From Squalus acanthias (Eukaryota): 64,000 bases of DNA. Both the position numbers and the translations under genes were made by a program. Shown piece after piece: positions 1-10,161 of the stretch (positions are counted from its first letter, which is position 1; each line of letters begins with the position of its first letter). Below the pieces are notes generated by a model. The model was given only the letters and a program-made list of their open reading frames with translations. It was not told the origin of the DNA and did no database searches. The stretch lies in assembly GCA_030390025.1 (NCBI GenBank), contig JASTWF010000033.1, forward strand, positions 6,388,001 to 6,452,000, given 5' to 3'.

Positions 1-1012
1 ATACCATTTGCATTCCTAAATGCTTGCTGCACCTGATTGTTTGTTTTCAGTGACTGGTGTACAAGGACACTCAGGTCCCTCTGTACATTAACATTTCCCA
101 ATCTATCACCATTTAAATAATACTCTACATTTCTGTTTTTCCTACCGAAGTGGATAAATTCACATTTATCCACGTTATACTTCATCTGCCATGTATTTGC
201 CCACTCAGCCAACTTGTCTAAATCGCCTTGAAGCCTCTTTGTATCCCCTCACAAATCAGAATCCCACCTAGTTTCGTGTCGTCAGCAAACATGGAAATAT
301 TACATTTGTTTCCCTCATCCAAATCATTGATATATATTGTGAAAAGCTGGGGCCCAAGCACTGATCCTTGCGGTACCCTACTAGTTACCGCCTGCCACCC
401 CGAAAAATACACATTTATTCGTACTCTCTGTTTCCCGTCTGTTAACCAATTTTCAATACATGCCAGTATATTACTCCCAATCCCATGTGCTTTAATTTTG
501 CACACTAACCTCTTATGTGGGACTTAATCAAACGCCTTCTGAAAATCCAAATACACCACATCCACTGGTTCGCCCTTATCTATTCTAAAAGTTACATCCT
601 CAAAAAACTCAAGTCGGTTTGTCAAACCCGATTTCCCTTTCATAAATCCATGTTTATTTTTCTAATCCCGTTGATATTTTCTAAGTGTCCTGTTATCTCT
701 TCTTTTATAGTAGACATTATAGCACTTTCCCTACTATTGATGTGAGGCTAACCGGTCTGTAGTACCCTGTTTTCTCTCTCCCACCTTTTTAAATTGTGGT
801 GTTACATTTGCCACTCTCCAAACTGCAGGAAATGTTCCATAATCTTTAGAAATTTGGAAGATAATAACCAATGCATCCATTCCTTCCATGTCTACCTCTT
901 TCAGTACTCTGGGATGCAAATTATCAGGCCCTGGGGATTTATCAGCTTTCAGTCCCATTAATTTCTCCAGCACTATTTTTTTACTAATAAAATTTTCCTT
1001 TAATTCCTCAAT
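1..1012 (-). mobile_element. CR1-clade LINE ORF2 (reverse transcriptase) fragment, degenerate
   Basis: Minus-strand ORFs carry CR1 RT motifs: KSPGPDNLHPRVLKE, WRVANVTP, VPQGSVLGPQLFTIYINDLD, FADDTKL; frames broken. Confidence 0.9.
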
Positions 1013-1014
1013 AA

Positions 1015-1165
1015 TTTCAAAAGGATATTGGATGGACACTTGAGGGAAATAAACTTGCAGGGTCACGGGAATAGAGCGGGGGAAATGGGACTGATTCGAT
1101 TTCTCTCCAGTGAGCCGGCAAGGATTCGATGGGCCCAATGGCCTCCTTCTGTGCTGTAATGCCTG
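1015..1165 (+). mobile_element. CR1 LINE 3' end fragment
   Basis: GATGGGCCCAATGGCCTCCTTCTGTGCTGTAA resembles the other CR1 3' UTR ends in this window (e.g. 32035-32070, 42963-42995). Confidence 0.7.
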
Positions 1166-1704
1166 AATGACTCTATAAAGAACCCTGGCTGCAATGTAAT
1201 AACATTTGTAGAAGTTGTGTGGTTACATGTCACTTGATCAGGCAGCACATGGTCAGATGTCATGTTGTGGGATGGTGACACGACCATACATCCAGGAATC
1301 CCTCCAAGCAGAGTTGGCAACACGACTTGCGAGAAAAGACTGCGCCCCGATTGTCTCTATTTTGAGGCCTGAGGGAGCAGCATTTTTGCACAAGTGAGTG
1401 TTTTGGTTCAGCGAGTGAATTTGCGGTGGGGTGGAGTGGGGTGATTCGTGAGTCGGTAATTTGGGTGTGAGTGAGTGAATGGTGAAAGGGAGGTAGTTTT
1501 GCAGCTTAATAGAAGGCAATGAAGGGTAAGTCTTGTAGTTTGTTTGTGTGGGAGTAGGAGCACCAATAAGAGTTGGGGGGCGGGGGAGTAAAATAAAGCA
1601 ATAGAAATTGAGTTATATATGCTTGTATGAACCCATAGACGAAGAAAAAAAGAATGGACGACAGCCCTATGTGCATTTAAGTAAAGTAAAGCCAGACATC
1701 CGAT

Positions 1705-1826
1705 GCCTACGGCCATACTAGTCTGAAAGCTCCCGATCTCATCTGATTTCAAGAAACTAAGCAGAGTCAGGCCTGGTTAGTTACTTGTTTGGGAGACCGC
1801 CTGGTAATGTCAAGTGCAGTACGCTT
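1705..1826 (+). pseudogene. 5S rRNA pseudogene/variant
   Basis: Starts GCCTACGGCCATAC, contains CCCGATCTC...CTGAT, CTAAGCAG...GGCCTGGTTAGT, GGGAGACCGCCTGG, ends GCTTTT (Pol III terminator). Box A (AACTAAGCAGAGTCA) and box C (TGTTTGGGAGAC) deviate from the vertebrate consensus and there are small insertions. Confidence 0.9.
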
Positions 1827-2159
1827 TTGCTGCCGCCACAGGCTGCTCACGGTTCTGCACACGCACTGCTGTTAACCCTTCGATTACATTTTTGCTGCTC
1901 TCTCTCGCTTTCCTTTGACCATATCTTCGCTGCACATTCTCCTGCTGCTACACAAACACAAGGGGGTCGAGACAGAGGGCTGGAAAAGCAGAAGAAGAAA
2001 ATAAGATAGCCCAAAAACACACACTGCGGAGGGGCTCCCCGACACAGCAGTAGAGAGGAGAGACAAGGTGCATAGAAAACTAGCAGAGACAAACCGAAAC
2101 AGAACAAAGAATAATGTAGAAAGAGCAGCAGTTAAAGTGAGGAAAACAGCAAAGCCAAC

Positions 2160-2880
2160 TAGCATGCTGTTGCAATGCATGTGTGTTAATGCGAGGAGTG
2201 TTACAAATAAGATTGACGAGTCGCAGGCGCAAGATGCCACATAAGGTTATGAAATAGAGGCTATAACGGAGACCTGGCTTAAAAATGGGCACAATTGGAT
2301 ACTGTTTTTCATTTCAGGTTACTAAGTGAAGTTGGGGTGGAGAAAGCGGAAGGGCTTGCCTTAATCTTCCAATCTTCCGGAGATGCGGGGGAGGTGCCAG
2401 AGAATTGGAAAGTGGTAAATGTGTCATCCTTTTAAAAAAAGTGTGTAAGGACAATCCTAGTAACTACAGGCCGGTCAGTTTAACATCGGTGATGTGGAAG
2501 GTTTTAGAAACAAAAATCAGGGAAAAAATTAACCGGTACTTGGAGAGGTTGAAGTTAATTAAGTAGAGCCAGCACGGATTTGTAAACGGCAGATTGTGTT
2601 TGACTAATCTAATTTAATTTGTTGATGAAGTAACAGAGAAGGTTGATGTAGGGAATGTAGCGGATGTTGTGTATATGGATTTTAAGAAGCTGCGATTACT
2701 TTCCTCACAGGTTTAAGAGGACATTTAATCGAGGTTTTCAAATTTACAAGGGGCATTGATAGAGGAAATAAGGAGCAACCGTCTCCAGTGACAGTAAGAT
2801 CGGTAACCAATGGACACCGATTAAAGATAACCGACAAAAGAACCAGAGGGGAGATGAGGAGAATGTTCTTACACAGCAAA
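2160..2880 (+). mobile_element. CR1 ORF2 patchwork (endonuclease start joined to RT and 3' segments through internal deletions)
   Basis: Hand translation gives CVNARSVTNKIDE (APE start), then YRPVSLTS, QHGFVNGRLCLTNL, VDVGNVADVVYMDF. Confidence 0.75.
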
Positions 2881-3337
2881 GGCTCAGGCCTAACGAATAT
2901 CTTAATGCTCAGGATAAGTTATCACTGCCCAGGCACTCTCTCATTCCAGTTTTGCACACGTTGCTAAGTTTCAAATGTCGTATTTTTGACACTGGCAATG
3001 AATTAATTGATAGCTGCGCTGTGATAAGCTAATGTTGTTAGAGAGATGCAGTTCAAGAAGATACATGGAAGTCGAATGATAAGCGGAACTGTTCTGAAAC
3101 TGTGAGCTGCAGTTAAATATGGGCATGTAAACATTTAAAGTGTTTCGTTCCAAATGTAATTTCCTGCTGACATGAGGCATTTCACAGAAGGCCAGGAAGT
3201 GTATTTTGTATCGCTGTACCGAATGATGCGCTGCCGACTGTTGAGGCAGCAACGGTGTGGAAAGTTAGATCAGGAGCGAGCATAGCTTCGCGCGGTGCTC
3301 TGATTGGTGGCATTTCAAACAACCCCAAAACACACTT

Positions 3338-3404
3338 TTCCCTGCAAGGGAATCGATCCCGGCCCGCGAAAGAGCCGAATCCTAACACACTAGATCAGCA
3401 GGGA
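3338..3404 (-). pseudogene. tRNA-Glu(TTC) pseudogene
   Basis: Reverse complement TCCCTGCTGATCTAGTGTGTTAGGATTCGGCTCTTTCGCGGGCCGGGATCGATTCCCTTGCAGGGAA aligns to vertebrate tRNA-Glu with a deletion across the anticodon 3' stem/variable loop. Confidence 0.8.
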
Positions 3405-3988
3405 AGCTGCAGCAAGCTTCCTAACAGCAAGCAGAGCAACGCAGTCCTTCCGCCTTGCTGCTTTGTAGTTCAGATCGCCTTCACGCCAGGCAAATTTTTC
3501 GTACAAAATTACATGTTCTAGAAACCAAAGCACCAAGTGCGGGCAGGCATCCATTTGAAATCTATTTCCTTCTCTGCTTTTCTCAGAGACACAGAGAGAC
3601 AGACAATCAGAGAGAAGCTGCCGGGGAATTGAACACTCACCACTATAATATCAAAGACATTGTAGAGGAAATGGTTATGCAGTGCATGAGACAAAGACTC
3701 AAACACACACACTTGTGTGCGCTCTCTTTGTGTGTGTATGTCCCACACTCCCGCTTTTTCTGTGAATCCCTGTTAATCTCATGTTCTCTTTCACTCCTCC
3801 GTGCAGCACACAAAAGGGAGAGGCTAAGCACTATACTAACGAGGAACTAGTGCAGGAAGTTGTTATACAGTTCTTTTTATGCCGGTATATCTTTTCAAAT
3901 TATTTTGGTTGATTTTTTTCTATTCATCTTTTCCAACGAGCATTTTAAGGAGCTGCTCATAGGATTAAAATTGGGGATTTAAAAAAAT

Positions 3989-4060
3989 CCCCCTGTCGGG
4001 GAACTGAACCCCGGTCTCCCGCGTGACATGCGGGAATACTCACCAATATACTAACAAGGA
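3989..4060 (-). tRNA. tRNA-Asp(GTC), full length but with T-loop/B-box substitutions (probable pseudogene)
   Basis: TCCTTGT TA GTA TATTGGTGAG TAT T CCCGC ATGTCAC GCGGG AGAC CGGGG TTCAGTT CCCCG ACAGGGG G; all stems pair; T7 terminator follows (3981-3987); T-loop is TTCAGTT instead of TTCGATT. Confidence 0.8.
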
Positions 4061-4129
4061 ACTGGCACCTGGCTTGTCTGTTAGAACAAGAATCGACCTG
4101 TGAACAGAGTGAGAAAGATGCAAGAGACA

Positions 4130-4505
4130 GACATAAGAATAAGAACAGAAGAAATAGAAGCAGGGGTAGGCAATTCGGCCCCTCGAGCATGCTCCGCCAT
4201 TCAATAACTTCATGGCTGATCAGATCTCAGCCACACTACAATGCCACTTTCCCGCCCGCTCCCCATAACACTTGACTCCCCTGCAGCGCAAATATACATA
4301 TGGAATATATTCAATGTCTCCACACCCACACCTCTCTAGTCTCGAGAATTCCAAAGATTCAAGACACTCTAAGAGAATAAATTCCTCCTCATCTCCGTTT
4401 TAAATGGGCGAACCCTTATCCTGAAACAGTGCCCCCTAGTTCTAGATTCCCCAACAGGGGAATCATCCTCCCTGCATCTACCCTGTCAAGTCCCCTCAGA
4501 ATCTA
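4130..4505 (-). mobile_element. CR1 LINE 3' end
   Basis: (ACATAAGA)-type tail, GCAGGGGTAGGCAATTCGGCCC and CR1 ORF2 C-terminal sequence; paralogous copy at ~6110-6351. Confidence 0.75.
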
Positions 4506-5271
4506 ACAGAGAGAGAGAGAATCAGGGACAAAGAGAGACACACAGAGCGAGAGCCTCGGGTTGACGTCTCACAGAGTGGTCATCATGGATGAGGGCCTTC
4601 ATTTATGTTGAGAGAAAGGCGAAGCTGGGATTACTTTCCTCAGAAGTTTAAGAGGAAATTTAATAGAGGTTTTCAAAATTACAAGGGGTTTCGATAGAGT
4701 AAATAAGGAGAAACCATTTCCAGGTGAGTCGGTAACCAGAGGTCACCGATTGAAGATAATCAGCAAAATACCCAGAGGGGAGTTGAAGAGAATTTTCTTA
4801 CGCAGCAAGGGCTCAGGCCTAATGAATATCTTAATGCTCAGGGTAAGTTATCACTGCCCAGGCACTCTCTCATTCCAGTTTTGCACACGTTGCTAAGTTT
4901 CAAATGTTATATTTTTGACACTGGCAACGAATTGATTGATAGCCGTGCTGTGATAAGCTAAGGTTGTAAGGGAGATGCAGTTCAAGAAGATACATGGAAG
5001 GCTAAAGATAAGCGTGACTGTTCTGAAACTGTGAGCTGCATTTAAATGTAGGCATGTAAACATTGAAAGTGTTTCGTTCCAAATGTCATTTCCTGCTGAC
5101 ATGAGGCATTTCACAGAAGGCAAGAAAGAGCATTTTGTATCGCTGTACCGAATGATGCGCTGTCGACTGTCGAGGCAACAGCAGCGGTTTGGAAAGTTAG
5201 ATCGGGAGCGAGCATTGCTTCGCGCGCGGGTGCTTTGATTGGTGGCATTTCAACAACCCCAAAACACACTT

Positions 5272-5340
5272 TTCCCTGACCGGGAATCGAACCCGGGCGC
5301 GGGTGAAAGCGTCGAATCCTAACCACTGGACCACGATTGA
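5272..5340 (-). pseudogene. tRNA-Glu(TTC) pseudogene
   Basis: Reverse complement TCAATCGTGGTCCAGTGGTTAGGATTCGACGCTTTCACCCGCGCCCGGGTTCGATTCCCGGTCAGGGAA; intact B box, broken acceptor stem, short deletion after the anticodon. Confidence 0.85.
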
Positions 5341-5968
5341 ATCTGCAGCAGGCTTCCTGCCAGCAAGCAGAGCAACGCAATCCTTCCTCTTTGCTGCTTT
5401 GAAATTCAGACCGCTTTCACGCCACGCAATTTTTTCGTACAAAATGACATGTTCTAGAAACCACAGCACCAAGTGCGGGCAGGCATCCATTTGAAATCTA
5501 TTTCCTTCTCTGCTTTTCTCAGAGACACACAGAGACAGACAGTCAGAGAGAAGCTGTCGGGGAATTGAATACTCACCACTATAATATCAAGGGCATTGTA
5601 GAGGAAATGGTTATGCAGTGCATTAGACAAAGACACAAACACAAACACGTGTGTGTGCTCCCTTTGTGTGTAGATGTCTCAGATATACATCTGAGTTTCA
5701 TAGGTTCATGGAGGCTGGCAGCACAGTGGGAGGCGTATCCCTGTTATCTAATTTTCTCTGTCCTCTGTCCCTCCTCAGTGCCCCACACAAAAGGGAGAGG
5801 GAAGCAGAGCACTATACTAACGATGAACTGGTGCAGGAAGTTGTTATACAGTTCTTCATATGCCAGTATATTTTGAAAGTGATTGTAGATCATTTATTGC
5901 TGTTCAACTTTTCCAAGGAGAAATTTAAGGAGCCGCTCAAAGGTTTAAGATTGGGGATGGTAAAAATC

Positions 5969-6040
5969 CTCCGCGTGAGGGAATTGAACCCCTGCCTCCC
6001 GGTTGAGAGGCTGGGATACTCACGACTATACTAACGAGAA
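5969..6040 (-). pseudogene. tRNA-Asp-derived pseudogene with anticodon mutated to CTC
   Basis: TTCTCGT TA GTA TAGTCGTGAG TAT C CCAGC CTCTCAA CCGGG AGGC AGGGG TTCAATT CCCTC ACGCGGA G; Asp body with mismatched anticodon and T stems. Confidence 0.8.
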
Positions 6041-6351
6041 ACAGAACGCTGCAGAATCTGTCAGAGCAAGAATCGACCTTGAACAGAGTGACAAAGAAGC
6101 AGAAGGGACAGACATAAGAATAAGAACAGAATAACTGGGAGCAGCAGTGGGCCATTCGGCCCCTCGAGTCTGCCCCGCCATTCAATAAGAGCGTGGCTGA
6201 TCAGATCATCGACTCAACGCCACTGTTCCGCCCGATCCCCATAACCCTTGACTCCCCTGTAGCTCAAATATATGTCCATCTCCGCCTTGAATATATTCAA
6301 TGACTCCGCCTCCACAGCTCTCTGGGGTAGAGAATTCCAAAGATTCACGAC

Positions 6352-6893
6352 TGATGTGGAGTATTTATTCAACACTCGACACAAGTCTGTCAGGTACAAA
6401 TCAAAAGTCTTTATTACACCGGTGGGGAGACAATCTCCTACTGGCGCACCAGCAGACTACTGCAAATTGATACAGTAAGCGTTACATATTTATGCTTTCA
6501 ATAGTCGTGGTAAACTCGTACATAATCCGTTACACTGTTTTAATTGGCTTAAAGCCCACGTGCTCATTTGCTGATTGGCTAATTCCCTATCTCGCGTCAC
6601 ATGACTGTTTGCCTATATTTATTGTCACATGATCTTTATGATCTCACCTGTTGTTCTAAGTTACCGACCTTCAGTAAAACCACATGTCTGCATTTCTGTC
6701 TTGCTGTGCCCCGTGTGGTTTTACTTATCTCTAGGTTCCATAGTTTGTGGTTGGTGCTTCTGAGCTGTTTACATCTAATTTTGCAAAAGCTTCGAGACCA
6801 CTGGTCAACATGTCTGACCTGTCTTCGCTGGTCTCGTGTGCAAGCTGCATTGTTAACCCCTTAATTCCTGAAGGGCGCCGCTGCTCCACTTCA
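6352..6893 (-). repeat. 3' LTR (542 bp)
   Basis: On the minus strand it begins TGAAGTGGAG and ends CTCCACATCA (10-bp imperfect terminal inverted repeat); AATAAA at 6410-6415, TATA-like CATAAATA near 6490, CCAAT boxes near 6545 and 6575. Confidence 0.85.
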
Positions 6894-6905
6894 GTCCCCC
6901 CTTTT
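6894..6905 (-). promoter_or_regulatory. Polypurine tract
   Basis: AAAAGGGGGGAC immediately precedes the TG of the LTR on the minus strand. Confidence 0.85.
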
Positions 6906-6953
6906 GGTCCTTGGCTAACCTTCCCAAGATGACCAATTACTGCTAATACTGCC

Positions 6954-8609
6954 TTACGCGTCCCGCCCCGCTTGCAGGGGCCAGCTGCGAGGTTGCGAGC
7001 ACCTAGTCCGTTTAGAGCTAAATAATTCCTTCGTCTTGTACACGTTTGAGCAGCTTACTCTGTCCCTTAACTTCGCCTTTGCCCTGGTTTTGTGTCTACG
7101 TTTCGACCAAGCAGCACAAGTCATTCTAAGCCAACCTAATGTTAATATTAATTGTAGCGCTACCAGTACATGAGAGATGATGCGGATCCAAGGGGAGATA
7201 TCTACCTTCAAGCCCCAGTTCCAGGCTGTTTCATACCACGGGATCTTACGGAGTTCGGTTTCGATCTGCTTGTCTAGTTAACTCTTGTTTTAGGAGATGG
7301 GACCGTTTTATGTTCTCGCGTGGACGGTGCCGAAGCTTCTTTAGATCTTCTGGGAGATGCGGGGTGTTCCTCGTAAGCCCCAGGCCGCTCTTAACTGGTA
7401 GGTTGGGGGTGAAACAGAATTTAGGGTTCGTGATATTACATGTCAGGCCACCATAGTCGTACATCCGTTGGTTTGTTGTCACGCAGTACTCGTCCTTTCC
7501 CCGGTAGGCAGCGTGGGTCGGTTCAGATTCCGCTGGGCTTATTTCCAGCACACATCCCACAGTCTGATTGAACCCGCACCCATCCTCACTACCTTGCCCC
7601 AGCGGGTGTGAGCAGATCGCGAGGCTTCCTTCCCTGCGGCACCCAATCAATGAGACCCCTCTCATGGTTCCATTTCTTTTGATCGTGTATTGATCCATTG
7701 GTTAATACCGCAGGTAATCCTTTCCACTGATCAGTCCTATGTTCTCCAACTCGTACTGCGGGTATGGTTTCGCGTCTCCAGTCATTATCGGGATCATTAG
7801 CACCAACCCTATCAGCGAGGTGTGAGAGTCAGTGCACCCACTCGGCACAGGGTAGACCCTTGTCATGCCCTTTAATGTACAGCCATCCAGTGATCCTGGG
7901 TGCTGTGCCAACTGCAGTAGGTGGGTACTATTGATCCAATCGGGGGCCCTGCCTGTCTGCATCTGGTCCAGGTTGTGTCGGACTTGTCCTATCATCCATC
8001 CCCCATATGCTGCCCCAAGTCTACTCCCGCCCGGACGTCCCCCGTGTGCCTCTGGAGCAAAATCCGCACAGTCTCTTTAAGACTCTCGGAGCTTGCTTTC
8101 ACGGATTGGATATTCAGGGCATTTATAAGGGACGTGCCGGTATTCACGCCAGTCAACACGTCATTGACTAAACCTTGCTGTTGTTGGAGGAACCCGGTGT
8201 GTCGAGCCACCGCATACAGTTAACGCGCGGCCACATGTTTCTATAGGCATGTAGTATCTGTGGCATCCCTGGTAGATACCTAAACTTAATCCACATACAT
8301 CTCTGATATGGCCGCCCATACCCTCTCACTACCACATTCAATACACAAGGTCCTATTGTACTTTAACTCAACGCCCAATATCCTGGGTTGGGTTCCCTTA
8401 CACCCGCGAAATGTTCGGCCCGTTCCGGGACTCGGTGCCCTTCCGCCGGAATATACCCGTCAGATATACTCTCATCTGACGAGGACCTGTCGGTAATTCG
8501 GGTCTCCCTGGTGCTCTGTATGTTCGCGATTTCTCAGAAGGTCTCCTGTTCCTACGGCGTCCAGTAGTGTCCCCAGTACGAACAGGATCGTGGTGTATAG
8601 AGGCAACAT
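6954..8609 (-). pseudogene. env: env pseudogene (F-protein-like class I fusion glycoprotein, ~550 codons, several stops and frameshifts)
   Basis: ATG at 8609 gives signal-peptide-like MLPLYTTILFVLGTLLDAVG; putative fusion peptide/heptad GLVNDVLTGVNTGTSLINALNIQSVK; Cys-rich block (CRREGSLAICSH...GCGFNQTVGCVL...YCVTT...CNITNPKFCFTP); Trp-rich PWYETAWNWG then TM segment WIRIISHVLVALQLILTLGWL and a basic tail; located between pol and the PPT. Confidence 0.75.
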
Positions 8610-8675
8610 TCTGTGGGTAGAACTTAGGGTGGGTGCCTCGAGTGTCTGTCGTCCAAAACCAAAGTTACCTGTAAC

Positions 8676-10161
8676 TTAAGCAGAAATCTGGTCGTTACCA
8701 GATGTTAATTTATCTCCGATGTTTATTCCATTGTTCCTGTGGGATTTAAAGTCAGATGGGTTATTGTTGTATCGTTTTAATTGGGTCCCATGTTTCCACC
8801 GACCCTTTCCCCTCTTATCTATGCATGCGCACGTGTCCCCGCTTATTATGACCTTGTACGTCCCGTCCACGGAGGGGCGAACCCCGTTCGCCCGGGCAGA
8901 CCCTAAACCATAACCTTCTCTCCTACTGGTGCCACGCTGCCGGACACCCCGTATCCTGGTTTTGGTCTGCACACTCTTGTTGTTCCCTTACCTGCTGTCG
9001 TAATCCTTTTAGTAGTATACTCAATTCCATTACATACCGTCGGATCTGGTCCCTTAGTGGGCCAAGATCTGATCCTCCCGTTACTATTCATTCCGGTAAT
9101 TTCACAGCTCGCCCTGTCATCAGCTCATAGGGGGTAAGCCCCGTGGTCCCGTTAGGGGTTGCACGCAACCTCATGAGGATGGTGGGCAACAATTCCGACC
9201 AGGATTGACCTGTCTCCTGGATGACTTTGGTCAATGATGTTTTCAACGAACGATTCATCCTCTCTACCATTCCCGAACTCTGGGGGTGGTAGGGGATGTG
9301 GAACTTCTGTTTGATACCCATCATTGTACACAATTCTTTGATTCCCTTTCCGGTAAAGTCTGTCCCTTGATCCGAGTCAATTTGTGCAGGGATTCCCCAA
9401 CGGGGATTCACCTCGTCTGCCAATATTTTTGCCACAGTGATGGCGGTGAAATTGCGGGTAGCAAATTTTTCCACCCGCCGTGTGAACTGAACAATCATCA
9501 CTGGGCATTATTTCTTCCCCCGAGAGCTGGGTAGTTGCCCAGTAAAATATATCTGTAAATTCTCCCACGGGCCCCTAGGACGTGGTTGATGCGACAGTCG
9601 TATCTTCACTGCTTTCCCCGGATTATGCTGGGCACATATCACAAATCGGTAACAGTACTCGGCAATCCACCGGCCACCACGAGGCCCGGACAAAACGTCT
9701 GGTAACGGCGGTTCTTCCCCGATGATCGACTCCGTGTGTAGCACCATCAGCATAAGCAGTATGCATTCGGGGGCTATTACACGGCCGTCCTTTCGCCATA
9801 CAGAGTTCGGACCCTGGGTCCCGCCCTTCTCTTTCCACTCTTTCTTCTCCCTATGGTTGGCATCGGCTTGCAATTTCGCAACGTCTATACTATGTTCTCC
9901 GAGGGTCAAATCACCCACGGCCTCATCCATGGGAGTTTGGGTCTCCGCCGCACCACGTGCGGGGATGTTTGCTGCCTCATTTCCCTTCTGAACCTCGTTT
10001 TCCACCTTCTGGTGAGCCTTTATTTTGATGACTGCTGCTTGGGCAGGTTTACTAGCAGCATCCAATAGCAGCGTAATTCGGCCTTCATGTTTGATGGCCT
10101 TCCCTCCTGAGGTGACAAATCCTCGTCTGCCCCAGGCGGTCATGTGATCGTGTTCTACCAA
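8676..10161 (-). pseudogene. pol: pol pseudogene fragment: RNase H C-terminus plus integrase
   Basis: WGRRGFVTSGGKAIKH...IKIKAHQ...KGNEAA (retroviral RNase H); CAQHNPGK zinc-finger remnant; WGIPAQIDSDQGTDF...PYHPQSSGMVERMNRSLK (D,D35E core); DGTYKVII...WKHGTQLK (C-terminal domain). Frameshifted. Confidence 0.9.

Larger units (their letters stand above)
2690..6351. repeat. Tandem segmental duplication, unit ~1.93-1.98 kb (copy 1 ~2690-4380, copy 2 ~4625-6351)
   Basis: Colinear near-identical blocks, e.g. GGCTCAGGCCTAA.GAATATCTTAATGCTCAGG at ~2881 and ~4810; AACCCCAAAACACACTTTTCCCTG at ~3321 and ~5255; the tRNA remnants occur in the same order. Confidence 0.9.

Noticed and set aside
1705..1826. 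Functional 5S rRNA gene or 5S-derived SINE3 head
   Set aside because: Internal control region is mutated with indels; a T4 terminator follows immediately and no SINE body/tail was recognised.
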